From the IMG/VR virus record IMGVR_UViG_3300019458_000016, positions 1 to 40,370 of that record: DNA of 40,370 bases. The stretch is one strand, 5' to 3'. The position numbers were made by a program, and so were the translations under genes. Source of the DNA: a virus. This document shows positions 25,217-33,672 of this stretch, piece by piece. Numbering within the stretch: position 1 is the stretch's first letter; each line of letters opens with the position of its first letter. The notes under the pieces are model-generated. The model saw nothing but the letters and a program-made list of their open reading frames with translations, had not been told where the DNA came from and searched no databases.

Positions 25217-25732
25217 TTATTCCCCTACTGCATCTTCAATCCTATCTGCTTCTTCTTTGGCTACTAAATCTAACACACCAGTTTTTAGATACACAAAAAA
25301 GTGATCTGATAAAACCACAGTTTCTTTTAAAACTTGATCGAGAGAAAATACTTTCTTGCCATTAGGATTTAATACTCTAGCCTTTACTAATTCTGCTGCT
25401 ACCTTTAGCGCATTGCCTCTAGACATAGCTTCATTAAATCCACCACCACTACTACCGGAATTGCTGGCCGATACAGGAGTAGTTACACCACTTACAGTGG
25501 GGGTAGAAACAACAGAACCAGATTTACTAATAGCCTTAATCTTTTCAAATCCCTTCTCATTAGTTTCTGAAACAAATTCGACATTATCACCTGGATTTAA
25601 TCCTTGAGCTAGTTTATCGCTCCATCCGATACTAAAAAACTTGTCAACACCTGCAACCGATATAACTACACTCCATGCCTTACCATATTGCCCTCTATCT
25701 TTACTAAATACTTTCTTAAATACCCCTGTCAT
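25217..25732 (-). CDS. Putative single-stranded DNA-binding protein
   Basis: 171 aa located between the polymerase and nuclease genes. It has a beta-rich N-domain, an S/T/G linker and an acidic C-terminus (KEEADRIEDAVGE). Call is by architecture only. Confidence 0.4.
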   Translation of the reverse strand: MTGVFKKVFSKDRGQYGKAWSVVISVAGVDKFFSIGWSDKLAQGLNPGDNVEFVSETNEKGFEKIKAISKSGSVVSTPTVSGVTTPVSASNSGSSGGGFNEAMSRGNALKVAAELVKARVLNPNGKKVFSLDQVLKETVVLSDHFFVYLKTGVLDLVAKEEADRIEDAVGE

Positions 25733-25794
25733 TTTATTCTCCTTCTGTTATTTTACTTCTTCTTTTTTATACCTATCTTCCCCTTACAGTTTTA

Positions 25795-25823
25795 TATATA
25801 TCATATCTGACTTTAAAAGTCAA
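25795..25823 (-). promoter_or_regulatory. Sigma70-type promoter P3 (TTGACT-17-TATATA, extended -10 TGa)
   Basis: The minus strand reads CTTGACTTTTAAAGTCAGATATGATATATA, nearly identical to P2. The -35 overlaps the polymerase stop codon. Confidence 0.6.
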
Positions 25824-27466
25824 GTGTCAATTTTTGTCAGAGAATACAAATTATTGCCAATTTTATGCTCTGCATTGTATTTGACCTTTAATTCTATGTC
25901 AAAATAATTATGGAAATATAAATCAAAATCATTATACACTGTTTTTACTATATCTATAACTTCTTTTTCCTCTTTTGGACAAACATCTACCGTTATGTCA
26001 TCATGTACGTCAAGACAAACATGGCTTTCAAAACCCTCTAAATGGTGGGCAAGTGTAATTGTCATGATCTTATTAAAGTCATGGCCTATGCCCTGAATGG
26101 GGGCATTTAACCCCTCATTGTAGTTTGATGTATGCCGACCTCTATGAGTGTATGGATGTTCAACATAACCTTTTTGACTAATCTCTTTTCCTCTCATTTC
26201 AAAAAATTCTGACATTTCTGGATATCGTACAACTATAAGATCGTGGACAAATTCTGTTGCTTGAGGCCAAGTGAAACCATACTCATTGACAAGACTATAG
26301 CCCCTACCACCAAATATAGTGCTAAAATTAGCGTTCTTAGCCCTAGTCCTATCAGGCAAGAATTTAAATCGTTGTAAGGTTTCATCATGTATATCATATC
26401 CATTCACTAAATCATCAGCCAATTTATGTTTACCTGTAAATATCCAAAACATTTCTGCTGCCAATAATGCTTCTAATCTTGACCAGTCGCTAGAAAGAAG
26501 TTTACCACCTGGAAACTTGCTTACTATACATTTTTTAAATTCACTGGTTTCTGGTCTGGGCATAACTTGTATAAACTTTTCACTTAATCTACCTGTAACT
26601 GTACCAGTTGTGGAATAATTTGGATAATAAATATCCTCTATCAATTCATTCTTAAACCCAATATTATATGTCCCTAACTGTTTATTCGCTTGTCTTAACT
26701 CTAGTAATAAATTAGCAACGGGATGATCTAAAATTTTAAGAGTATTTTTATTAATACAATCATTTCCTTTATCGGTTTTTGGTAACTTTACTTTTTCTCT
26801 TTTAAAAAAATCCCTTAAATCATTAGTTCCTATCAATGCCTTAGATTCAAAATCTACTTTCAAACCATAGTTTCTTAAGGCTTCCGCTGCCTTATTTCTT
26901 TTAACTTCCCAAATAGCTCCTTGTCTATTTAGTTCAATTATATCTACTTTTACCCCTTTCATTTCCATAGTAGTTAAAGCCTTGATATAGTCCATAAGCA
27001 TCATAAAAAGAGGCCATTTGTTCTTTTTTCTTAAAACTGGTTCTGTTAAATCTTTTAGCTGTTTAGTAAAGTAAAGATCATGGCGATTATATAGTTTAAG
27101 CAACTGAATATCGCCCACATAATCGCTGTTACTGAAATCAACCAAATACTTGTAATTAGGATATTGGTATAAGACATGAGCAAGGTTCTCCAAAGAATAA
27201 CTATTTAAATCCTCTCTCAATAAATGAAAAGCTATTTTAGTGTCATAAAGTTGTTTAGGCCATTCATCCCAAGTAGGAAATTGTTGAAATAAGCATTTAA
27301 GATCAAATTTTAAATTAAATCCGATTAAATTATCATAACTTTTTAAAGTCGGATATTCTAAATCTTGTGATAAACATTCATCACCTAAAAAACCATTAAA
27401 CAATACTCTAAAATCAGGATGTTTATGACGTAATCCTATCGTTTCTGCATCAAATGTAATATCCAT
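25820..27466 (-). CDS. Family A DNA polymerase with 3'-5' exonuclease domain
   Basis: Exo I FDAETIGL, Exo II NLKFDLKCL, Exo III YNRHDLYF. Pol motif A LLSSDWSRLEALLAA, motif B RTRAKNANFSTIFGG, motif C LDVHDDITV. Confidence 0.92.
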   Translation of the reverse strand: MDITFDAETIGLRHKHPDFRVLFNGFLGDECLSQDLEYPTLKSYDNLIGFNLKFDLKCLFQQFPTWDEWPKQLYDTKIAFHLLREDLNSYSLENLAHVLYQYPNYKYLVDFSNSDYVGDIQLLKLYNRHDLYFTKQLKDLTEPVLRKKNKWPLFMMLMDYIKALTTMEMKGVKVDIIELNRQGAIWEVKRNKAAEALRNYGLKVDFESKALIGTNDLRDFFKREKVKLPKTDKGNDCINKNTLKILDHPVANLLLELRQANKQLGTYNIGFKNELIEDIYYPNYSTTGTVTGRLSEKFIQVMPRPETSEFKKCIVSKFPGGKLLSSDWSRLEALLAAEMFWIFTGKHKLADDLVNGYDIHDETLQRFKFLPDRTRAKNANFSTIFGGRGYSLVNEYGFTWPQATEFVHDLIVVRYPEMSEFFEMRGKEISQKGYVEHPYTHRGRHTSNYNEGLNAPIQGIGHDFNKIMTITLAHHLEGFESHVCLDVHDDITVDVCPKEEKEVIDIVKTVYNDFDLYFHNYFDIELKVKYNAEHKIGNNLYSLTKIDT

Positions 27467-27471
27467 ATATT

Positions 27472-28983
27472 TTATCCAATAAAATTACCTTTATCCCATT
27501 CAACTTTAAGGCAATTAAAATAATCTTTCACATACCGCTTATGTTTTATACCTGTTATCCAGATATCTGTTTTGTTTTTATCTTGCACCATTCCGATAAT
27601 AGTATCTGCTATTGCTCCTTTATACATCTTAGCTTCTGATATCATATCATCTCTAAGTCTGTAACACCAGGGTTCTTTACTGTAATCTATATAAGAAATT
27701 AGAATATGGTCTAATACAAGAATATGACAGTTATTATTTCTTGCTATGTTTGCCAATGTCATTACGGTATCTCTAACTTCAAATCTGGATTCCCCTAATC
27801 CTCTTTGACTAGGTATTCTGAAAAAATAATCTATAATCACCAAACCTGGATTTATTTCTTTTATTTGTCTTTCAATCTCGTTCAGTGTTACAGGTTGTTT
27901 AGTAGCATCTAAAAAAAATATATCCGCATCATATTCTTGAGCAATAAATTTAGCATCATATTTATTTTTAATACTACCTAGCATATCTTCATAAAACACA
28001 TGAAGAACATTAAATCCTTTCTTTCTAGCATTACTTCCTATAAAACATGCTAGGTGGGTTTTACCTGTACCCTGTTTAGCTATAAGAAAAGAAGTCTCTC
28101 CAACACCTAACCCACCGTCCAAATAAGAATCCAGGCCATGTATTCCTGTGGGAATGGTTTCCACTTTTGGAAAAGACTGGTCTTTTAAACTACTGTATCT
28201 ATAAATTTGTGTGGGAATAGGACTGGCTTCCATTAATCTATCAGAATTATTTAAAGCATTTTCGCTGTCTGCCGAAACGGTATTATATACAGAAACCGAA
28301 TTAAAAGAAGGGGAATACTTTGATATGCTTTCTGCTATTGTTCTAACTTCACTTTCTGGTAATGGTGGGATACATCTTTCCATATTTGTTTCATATAAGG
28401 CCGTAAAAATGGCATTAAAACTTAACCCTTTTCTTCGCATACTGCCAGCAAGTGAAGTAAGATAATTATTTCTACCACCTTGTAAGATAGGTGTAGTAAA
28501 TTCTCTAAACCCTACAGATATTCGTGGTTCATTTAATTTTTCTTTCAATTCTTTTGGAAATTCTGCCAATTCACATTCCCAAGGAGCTATAGTCCATTGA
28601 TAGGGTTTACCTGTATCAGGATGTATGCTTGGCGGGATTACAACATACCCGTTATCGCTTCTAAGGTCTACTTTTTCCGCAATCTTTCCGACACTGTTTC
28701 TAATTCCCTCTTGATATTTAAAATAGTAATGAAACCCTCTTCCTGTAATAGCACAAGGAGTTAGGTAAAAAGCAACTTTGGAAAGTATCTCAGTATCTAC
28801 TTTATCAATGTCTACAACTATAATTCCTGATACTTTACCAGTTTGAACACCTATATTTCCTTCTTTTTCAATATTAAAAACATCTTTATTTTGCCATTCC
28901 TTGTTTATTGGTATTTTTCCATTTAAATTCAATAACTTCCATCTTAATTTTTGGTATTTCTCAATCAAAAAAGACTTATCCAT
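27472..28983 (-). CDS. Bifunctional prim-pol primase / PriCT / DnaB-RecA-like helicase
   Basis: IIVVDIDKVD, GRGFHYYF and DLRSDNGYVVIPPSIHPDTGKPYQW give the prim-pol part. GGRNNYLTSLAGSMRRKG is PriCT-like. Walker A AKQGTGKTH and Walker B LVIIDYF give the helicase part. Confidence 0.88.
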   Translation of the reverse strand: MDKSFLIEKYQKLRWKLLNLNGKIPINKEWQNKDVFNIEKEGNIGVQTGKVSGIIVVDIDKVDTEILSKVAFYLTPCAITGRGFHYYFKYQEGIRNSVGKIAEKVDLRSDNGYVVIPPSIHPDTGKPYQWTIAPWECELAEFPKELKEKLNEPRISVGFREFTTPILQGGRNNYLTSLAGSMRRKGLSFNAIFTALYETNMERCIPPLPESEVRTIAESISKYSPSFNSVSVYNTVSADSENALNNSDRLMEASPIPTQIYRYSSLKDQSFPKVETIPTGIHGLDSYLDGGLGVGETSFLIAKQGTGKTHLACFIGSNARKKGFNVLHVFYEDMLGSIKNKYDAKFIAQEYDADIFFLDATKQPVTLNEIERQIKEINPGLVIIDYFFRIPSQRGLGESRFEVRDTVMTLANIARNNNCHILVLDHILISYIDYSKEPWCYRLRDDMISEAKMYKGAIADTIIGMVQDKNKTDIWITGIKHKRYVKDYFNCLKVEWDKGNFIG

Positions 28984-29036
28984 AAGTTTAATCGTTAATC
29001 TTTTTAAAGTATTATAGTTTGTATGTAATAATTATA

Positions 29037-29243
29037 CTATACTACACTGCCTCTTTTTGATATATAATATGTCTCATCATCAAGAGTGTGGTTTCCTTTA
29101 TCTGAAAGGTAAAGAGGTAGATTAAAATATAGTCTAGATCTTAATTTTGCTTCTAAAACATCAACCCCTCTTTTCTTTAACAGCTTTTTAACCGTATCAT
29201 GTCCTGTCTTTCTTTTCCATTGGTTTTTATCGTCAATTAACAT
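29037..29243 (-). CDS. Hypothetical protein (68 aa)
   Basis: First ORF downstream of promoter P4. SD GGGGAGGG upstream. Confidence 0.65.
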   Translation of the reverse strand: MLIDDKNQWKRKTGHDTVKKLLKKRGVDVLEAKLRSRLYFNLPLYLSDKGNHTLDDETYYISKRGSVV

Positions 29244-29267
29244 CTATACCCTCCCCATACAATCTAA

Positions 29268-29296
29268 TATATACCAGTTTTAATTATTAAAGTCAA
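29268..29296 (-). promoter_or_regulatory. Sigma70-type promoter P4 (TTGACT-17-TATATA, extended -10 TGg)
   Basis: The minus strand reads CTTGACTTTAATAATTAAAACTGGTATATATTAGA, matching P1 in both hexamers and in TGGTATATATTA. Confidence 0.6.
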
Positions 29297-29530
29297 GAGA
29301 AAAAGATTAGTAAAAATGGATAATATTTTACCACTCCATTGAAAATTTTTCTCTTTACCAATAAAAAGAATCTATCTATTAAATATAATTCTAATAATAT
29401 AATACAAAATAATATTATTATTAGTATAGTATTTATATATAGATAGTTATTTATATATGTAATTATCTTTTTCATATATTATATTTATATATATAGTATA
29501 TATATTATATATACAATAATATATATAGAA

Positions 29531-29567
29531 TACTATATAGAGTATATATAATAGTATATATAGAGGG
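29531..29567 (-). repeat. Two CYCTATATA(T/G) motif copies inside an AT-rich island (29476..29568)
   Basis: The minus strand reads CCCTCTATATATACTA (29567..29552) and ACTCTATATAGTA (29543..29531). The same motif occurs at 34122, 34162 and 34451 on the plus strand. Confidence 0.5.
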
Positions 29568-29568
29568 T

Positions 29569-29817
29569 TTATATATCTATTTCTTCAGGTTCCTCTGTTA
29601 TACCATATTTTCTAACTATAAGCATATAGATAGAAGGCATTATCCCTATTCTATAAAATTCTTTCTCTCTTTCGCTTGTATAATAACCAAATTTATTTGG
29701 ATCATGTATTCTGTACCCACAAATAATACACCTGATATCTAGTGTCCATCCTTGATTAGAGAAATGCTTTAACGGCCCTTCTAAACTATTTTTAGCCTTA
29801 CATTTAGGACATTCCAT
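29569..29817 (-). CDS. Zn-ribbon protein (82 aa)
   Basis: ATG at 29817 lies 8 nt after GGAGG. MECPKCK...CIICG. The ORF is open back to a GTG at 29850 that has no SD. Confidence 0.65.
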   Translation of the reverse strand: MECPKCKAKNSLEGPLKHFSNQGWTLDIRCIICGYRIHDPNKFGYYTSEREKEFYRIGIMPSIYMLIVRKYGITEEPEEIDI

Positions 29818-29852
29818 TAATTTAGCCTCCATTTCTATTAAAATTGCCACAT

Positions 29853-29872
29853 AAAGGCCTCTAGCTGCCTTT
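29853..29872 (-). terminator. Hairpin after the amidoligase cassette, sharing the core CTAGCTGCCT with the 18390 hairpin
   Basis: AAAGGC-ctctagct-GCCTTT. Read on the minus strand, both sites share AAAGG..CC..TAGCTGCCT.T.AGG. Confidence 0.4.
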
Positions 29873-29940
29873 AGGGCGCTATTAATATAATAAGTAATAG
29901 TTTACCATTACTTTAATATTATAATCGTTTGTAAGGCAAT

Positions 29941-30102
29941 TTAATCCATTTCCTTTTCTATTGAAGGTTCTTGTGGTGGTGAAAGTAATACCCATTTTGT
30001 GTTACCACAGTATAAGTCAGGTGTACGCCAAATTCTTCCATATTGATCTAAGGCGAATAAATCCTCACTTGTTGCTGTTATTTGTTCAAATCGAATACTC
30101 AT
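29941..30102 (-). CDS. Small hypothetical protein (53 aa), below the ORF-track cutoff
   Basis: My own translation is MSIRFEQITATSEDLFALDQYGRIWRTPDLYCGNTKWVLLSPPQEPSIEKEMD. Its start overlaps the upstream stop (TAATG). Confidence 0.55.
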   Translation of the reverse strand: MSIRFEQITATSEDLFALDQYGRIWRTPDLYCGNTKWVLLSPPQEPSIEKEMD

Positions 30103-30467
30103 TATAAATATCTCCCTTCATTGTTAACAGTGTAAAACATTGATAGTTGATTTAAGGCCGATTTTAAATATAATAGAGTAGCTTCTAGCCCGTGTTTAAA
30201 TCCGTCATAAGAATCATTTCCATCTCTTACAATTTCAAATACCCAAACTGGTTCAGTTATATCTTTCCAATAGCCAATAGCATCATAGACAGTAAATCCA
30301 TCCGATAATCTGGATATTTCTTTTATTATACTTTCTAGGTTAGTATCATACAAAGAAGTATAATAAAATTCTTTACAATCGTCATTCCATCTTTTTTTCT
30401 TTCCAAATTTTTCTATATGTTCTTTTGTAGGTGTATATGTTTTTGGGATATATATTTTATATATCAT
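30102..30467 (-). CDS. Hypothetical protein (121 aa)
   Basis: ORF with an ATGA overlap with the upstream gene. No recognisable domain. Confidence 0.75.
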   Translation of the reverse strand: MIYKIYIPKTYTPTKEHIEKFGKKKRWNDDCKEFYYTSLYDTNLESIIKEISRLSDGFTVYDAIGYWKDITEPVWVFEIVRDGNDSYDGFKHGLEATLLYLKSALNQLSMFYTVNNEGRYL

Positions 30468-30652
30468 CCTGTACCATCCTTTCTTAATCCTGTCTGTGTT
30501 TCTGTTATTGTGCTAATCAATGATTTTAGAGATGTAAACAGATACACCAAGTCTCTTTCTACTAATTCATCTAACTCAGGCTGACTTAATGCGTTGCTTA
30601 CCACTTCTAAGGCTTCTTTAAGTTTCCTTTTATCGTGATGTGTAAATGACAT
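30464..30652 (-). CDS. Small helical protein (62 aa) ending in ...RKDGTG
   Basis: SD GGAGGG lies 6 nt before the ATG. Predicted all-helical. It sits directly downstream of the amidotransferase gene. Confidence 0.7.
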   Translation of the reverse strand: MSFTHHDKRKLKEALEVVSNALSQPELDELVERDLVYLFTSLKSLISTITETQTGLRKDGTG

Positions 30653-30670
30653 TTTGTTCCCTCCATGTTT

Positions 30671-31423
30671 TTAATTAAATGAATCTAACCATTCGCCACA
30701 AAACTGACAAACATAGTTATTTTGATCTGCTGATTTTTCATCATAATATCTTGAGCAAGTTGAACAGATCATGTCAAAACTATGTTCTTCCTTATCTTCT
30801 TTATCTGCATACCACCCTTTAAGATATTTAGTATAATCCCACTTATCCTCTTTATAAGTGTTATTAGAATAGAATGAACCGGCCACCTTTTCAAATCCTC
30901 CGTACATAAATATTTTGCCTTCTCTATTCATCAAAGCGAATTTAGAATGAGATTCTTTTGCTACTAAATCTAAAATGCTTCCAGCAGAATTGTGTATTTC
31001 TAGTTTAAATGGATCAATGACATGGCTTAATATATCCCTTACAAAAACCTGTGAATCGGACATATGGGTTGTTTTATCTTCCATTAAAAGTATACCATTG
31101 TGGGCGAATGACCATGTGGTATGAGTATAAATTGAATCTAATTCAGCTTTACTGTTTATGATAGGAAAAGGATGTGTCTGTTCCTTATTCACAAACCCGC
31201 TAGTGGCAATTCTAAAGTGTATCACTAGTGGTAGATTTTCTGCCTCTTTAAGATCATCATAGAAAGGGACTAAAGATTCATACCCTTTACTTATAACTAC
31301 TTTACCACTATCTTTATCAGGGAAACAGAATCCCGCTCCATGTGGATTATTATTCCAGCAAGTCTCTAATGTTTTAAAATCAGGTAGTTTAACATCTTCT
31401 GGTTTAGCTATTATTATACACAT
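30671..31423 (-). CDS. Class-II (Ntn) glutamine amidotransferase-like protein with a C-terminal Zn ribbon
   Basis: N-terminal MC (catalytic Cys2) in MCIIIAKPE, plus NPHGAGF, HFRIATSG..N.EQTHPF and AHNGIL. The C-terminus is CSTCS...CQFCG. SD GGAGGGGG. Confidence 0.8.
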   Translation of the reverse strand: MCIIIAKPEDVKLPDFKTLETCWNNNPHGAGFCFPDKDSGKVVISKGYESLVPFYDDLKEAENLPLVIHFRIATSGFVNKEQTHPFPIINSKAELDSIYTHTTWSFAHNGILLMEDKTTHMSDSQVFVRDILSHVIDPFKLEIHNSAGSILDLVAKESHSKFALMNREGKIFMYGGFEKVAGSFYSNNTYKEDKWDYTKYLKGWYADKEDKEEHSFDMICSTCSRYYDEKSADQNNYVCQFCGEWLDSFN

Positions 31424-32427
31424 ACATTTTCCCCCTCCGTTTTGTCTATTTGTTTTTTGGATATACCAAGGACCCTTACTAAATAATTCTCTAAATATTG
31501 TGTCTTGCCTGAGATAAACTCTATATACTTTAAATATACATTTTCTTCTAGTGATTGAATGACACTAATGGTATCTACAAACTTTACTAAAAGATAAATA
31601 TATTCTAAAGTAGCAAACAAAGTATTTTTGTTTAGTGTTCCTCTAAATGTTCTAAATTCTATTGTACTTTCATTTGTAAGATTTACAGCTTCATATCTAT
31701 CTGTAGTATTCAGATATTGGCCTACTTTAATACCCTGTTTCTTTTTACCTATAGCTCTACAATAACTATTTCTAGTTCGCCTTGACAATGCTTCTACAAA
31801 TTCTATATTATTTTCAGTAAAAAATTTAATTTTACTAGTTTGTAAGGCTGTTAGCTCTTTTTTACCAACATGGACGTGCAAACCACAGGTTTCAGTATCA
31901 TGAGACTTATAAAGTTTTTCTTTTAGAAATTTTAAAATCAAATCCCAGTATCCGCTTGTAAGATGATATTGTAAAGTAGCCGGATGAGATACTATCTCAA
32001 TACCATCTTCTAAAGATCCATCATCCTTACAATATATAAATGGGTTTGCAATATCTAAAATATGTTTAGCCGCATCTTTCCGAGATGTGTTTCCTGTATT
32101 TTCAACCTCTAACTCAATTCCCATAAAAATATCGTTAGTTTTTCCATTTTTACCATAAAATTTAAATCTTTCAGGTTTATATTCATAAAGGTGAATGTAA
32201 CAACTACAGCAACCCGCACAATTAGAACATTTATAACAATCTATTTCATATTCATTACAATTTCCGCAGTAATCTATTGGTGAAGTCGATTGCTCTTCAA
32301 AGCAAGCATTACAATAATCTTCTGAAAAAGGTGTTATACGAAAAGCACAATCCCTACAGTATAGATTAATATCACATCTCATACATCGTACTATACTTCC
32401 AGCGGGGTGATAACATAAATCAGGCAT
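31414..32427 (-). CDS. Amidoligase (Amidoligase_2-like carboxylate-amine ligase) with an N-terminal Cys-rich multi-CxxC region
   Basis: GIELEV, EDGIEIVSHP and CGLHVHVG resemble the putative-amidoligase family motifs. The first ~80 aa carry 15 Cys, mostly as CxxC pairs. 10-nt overlap with the amidotransferase gene. Confidence 0.75.
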   Translation of the reverse strand: MPDLCYHPAGSIVRCMRCDINLYCRDCAFRITPFSEDYCNACFEEQSTSPIDYCGNCNEYEIDCYKCSNCAGCCSCYIHLYEYKPERFKFYGKNGKTNDIFMGIELEVENTGNTSRKDAAKHILDIANPFIYCKDDGSLEDGIEIVSHPATLQYHLTSGYWDLILKFLKEKLYKSHDTETCGLHVHVGKKELTALQTSKIKFFTENNIEFVEALSRRTRNSYCRAIGKKKQGIKVGQYLNTTDRYEAVNLTNESTIEFRTFRGTLNKNTLFATLEYIYLLVKFVDTISVIQSLEENVYLKYIEFISGKTQYLENYLVRVLGISKKQIDKTEGENVCV

Positions 32428-32463
32428 GATTTTTTCTCCTATTTATTAGGATTTAGTATAACA

Positions 32464-32658
32464 CTATTCTGTTACTTTGTCAATCATTTTGAGTAAGTCA
32501 GAATCTTCAAAGTCAAGTAGTTGGTAGTGATATTTTAATCTAAATTTATATAATGCTTCCTCTTTACTACAGGCATAAATATATTTAGCCCAGTCTGGAA
32601 AAAGATAGTCTCCGGCTATAAATAAACAGTATTGATGTATTTTGTGAACAGGGTACAT
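32464..32658 (-). CDS. Hypothetical protein (64 aa)
   Basis: SD AAGGAG upstream of the ATG. Confidence 0.7.
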   Translation of the reverse strand: MYPVHKIHQYCLFIAGDYLFPDWAKYIYACSKEEALYKFRLKYHYQLLDFEDSDLLKMIDKVTE

Positions 32659-32661
32659 AGT

Positions 32662-32805
32662 TTACTTCTCCTTGTTTTTGTTAGGCTTAAACCTATCAAA
32701 CTCAGTATGATCTAATGATCTGTCTTTAGAGATACGTTTAAGAGTATCTAAAGGCTTCTTGTTAGCTTCTTTGACTACTTTTCTTATCATGCGTTTGTAA
32801 GTCAT
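32662..32805 (-). CDS. Small lysine-rich protein (47 aa), below the ORF-track cutoff
   Basis: My own translation is MTYKRMIRKVVKEANKKPLDTLKRISKDRSLDHTEFDRFKPNKNKEK. ATGA overlap with the upstream stop. It fills the gap. Confidence 0.45.
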   Translation of the reverse strand: MTYKRMIRKVVKEANKKPLDTLKRISKDRSLDHTEFDRFKPNKNKEK

Positions 32806-33164
32806 TTTGTCATTCCCCACAGTGAAATAAATGGTTCTGTTGGATTGTTTTTGATTAGCTGGTGCATTTTATCTAACCTGTTCTGGTATTCCACCAATTT
32901 GGCTAAGTTACTACTAATTAAATTGTCAGTAGATGTTTCTACCATACAAACACTATTAACCTTTGTCTCAGTGGGTAACACAACTGTACTTTGATCCTTA
33001 GTCCTGCCTGTGCGTTTACCAAAGGCTCTACTCTTGCCATTACACTTACCACATAATTTGTAGTCAGTTCTTACTTTATCACCAACCCTATAAACTGGGT
33101 TATGACATCTTACACAGTCAAATATTTTATTTTTGGTTCTCATGTTTATATACCATTCTTTCAT
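32802..33164 (-). CDS. Zn-ribbon protein (120 aa; alternative start at 33143)
   Basis: CVRC...CGKC form two CxxC pairs, followed by a helical C-terminus. It is an early-arm gene and a possible regulator. Confidence 0.65.
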   Translation of the reverse strand: MKEWYINMRTKNKIFDCVRCHNPVYRVGDKVRTDYKLCGKCNGKSRAFGKRTGRTKDQSTVVLPTETKVNSVCMVETSTDNLISSNLAKLVEYQNRLDKMHQLIKNNPTEPFISLWGMTK

Positions 33165-33282
33165 ATATCATGTCTGCTAATCTTTCCAAGGTTGTTTTTT
33201 GAGATACTAGCTTGATCTGGTTTACCCATAATAGATACTGAACATCATGTCTTGATAATCTTTGGAATTGAGATAGCTTCAT
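33127..33282 (-). CDS. Small hypothetical protein (51 aa), first gene of the leftward arm
   Basis: SD AAAGGAG lies 8 nt before the ATG. My own translation is MKLSQFQRLSRHDVQYLLWVNQIKLVSQKTTLERLADMIYERMVYKHENQK. Confidence 0.5.
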   Translation of the reverse strand: MKLSQFQRLSRHDVQYLLWVNQIKLVSQKTTLERLADMIYERMVYKHENQK

Positions 33283-33672
33283 GGTTATTTCTCCTTTATT
33301 TTAGTGTATTGGTTTGCATATTGTAGAGATATAGAAGCATAAAACGTGCCATACATATTCCAAATCCCATCCTATTGATATTATTAGCATCACTTACATA
33401 CTTTACATATATACCTATGTACAATATAGTACAAAACTATGTACTTGTTTACACATATTGGTATAAATAGCTTGACATAGTTAGTCCGGGCAAGGTACAC
33501 ATATATGTTTCAAATATGAAACAACCTATATATAACTTGATATAAGCCAATGGATATGTGTAGGATAGAGATAGAGTGGGTAAATGTTTACCATTAATGG
33601 ATATATATTTACATATATGTAAGGATATGTGAGGGAGCAGAAGGTTATGTAAAATTTGTGGGGGAGTGGGAG

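Noticed and set aside
21721-28465. Plus-strand ORFs within the leftward arm (21721..21912, 22208..22492, 23684..23875, 23900..24136, 25356..25607, 25641..25907, 26319..26618, 28211..28465, also 19871..20092)
   Set aside because: Each is antisense to a motif-supported or tightly coupled minus-strand gene. None has an SD or a recognisable motif.
29293-29475. 60-aa ORF (minus strand) in the AT-rich island, and its counterpart 34216..34425 (plus strand)
   Set aside because: Both are generated by TATATA-type low-complexity DNA, giving I/Y/N/L/K-only N-termini, and have no SD. The 29293 ORF also ends inside the -35 of promoter P4. The hydrophobic C-terminal halves mean small membrane peptides cannot be fully excluded.
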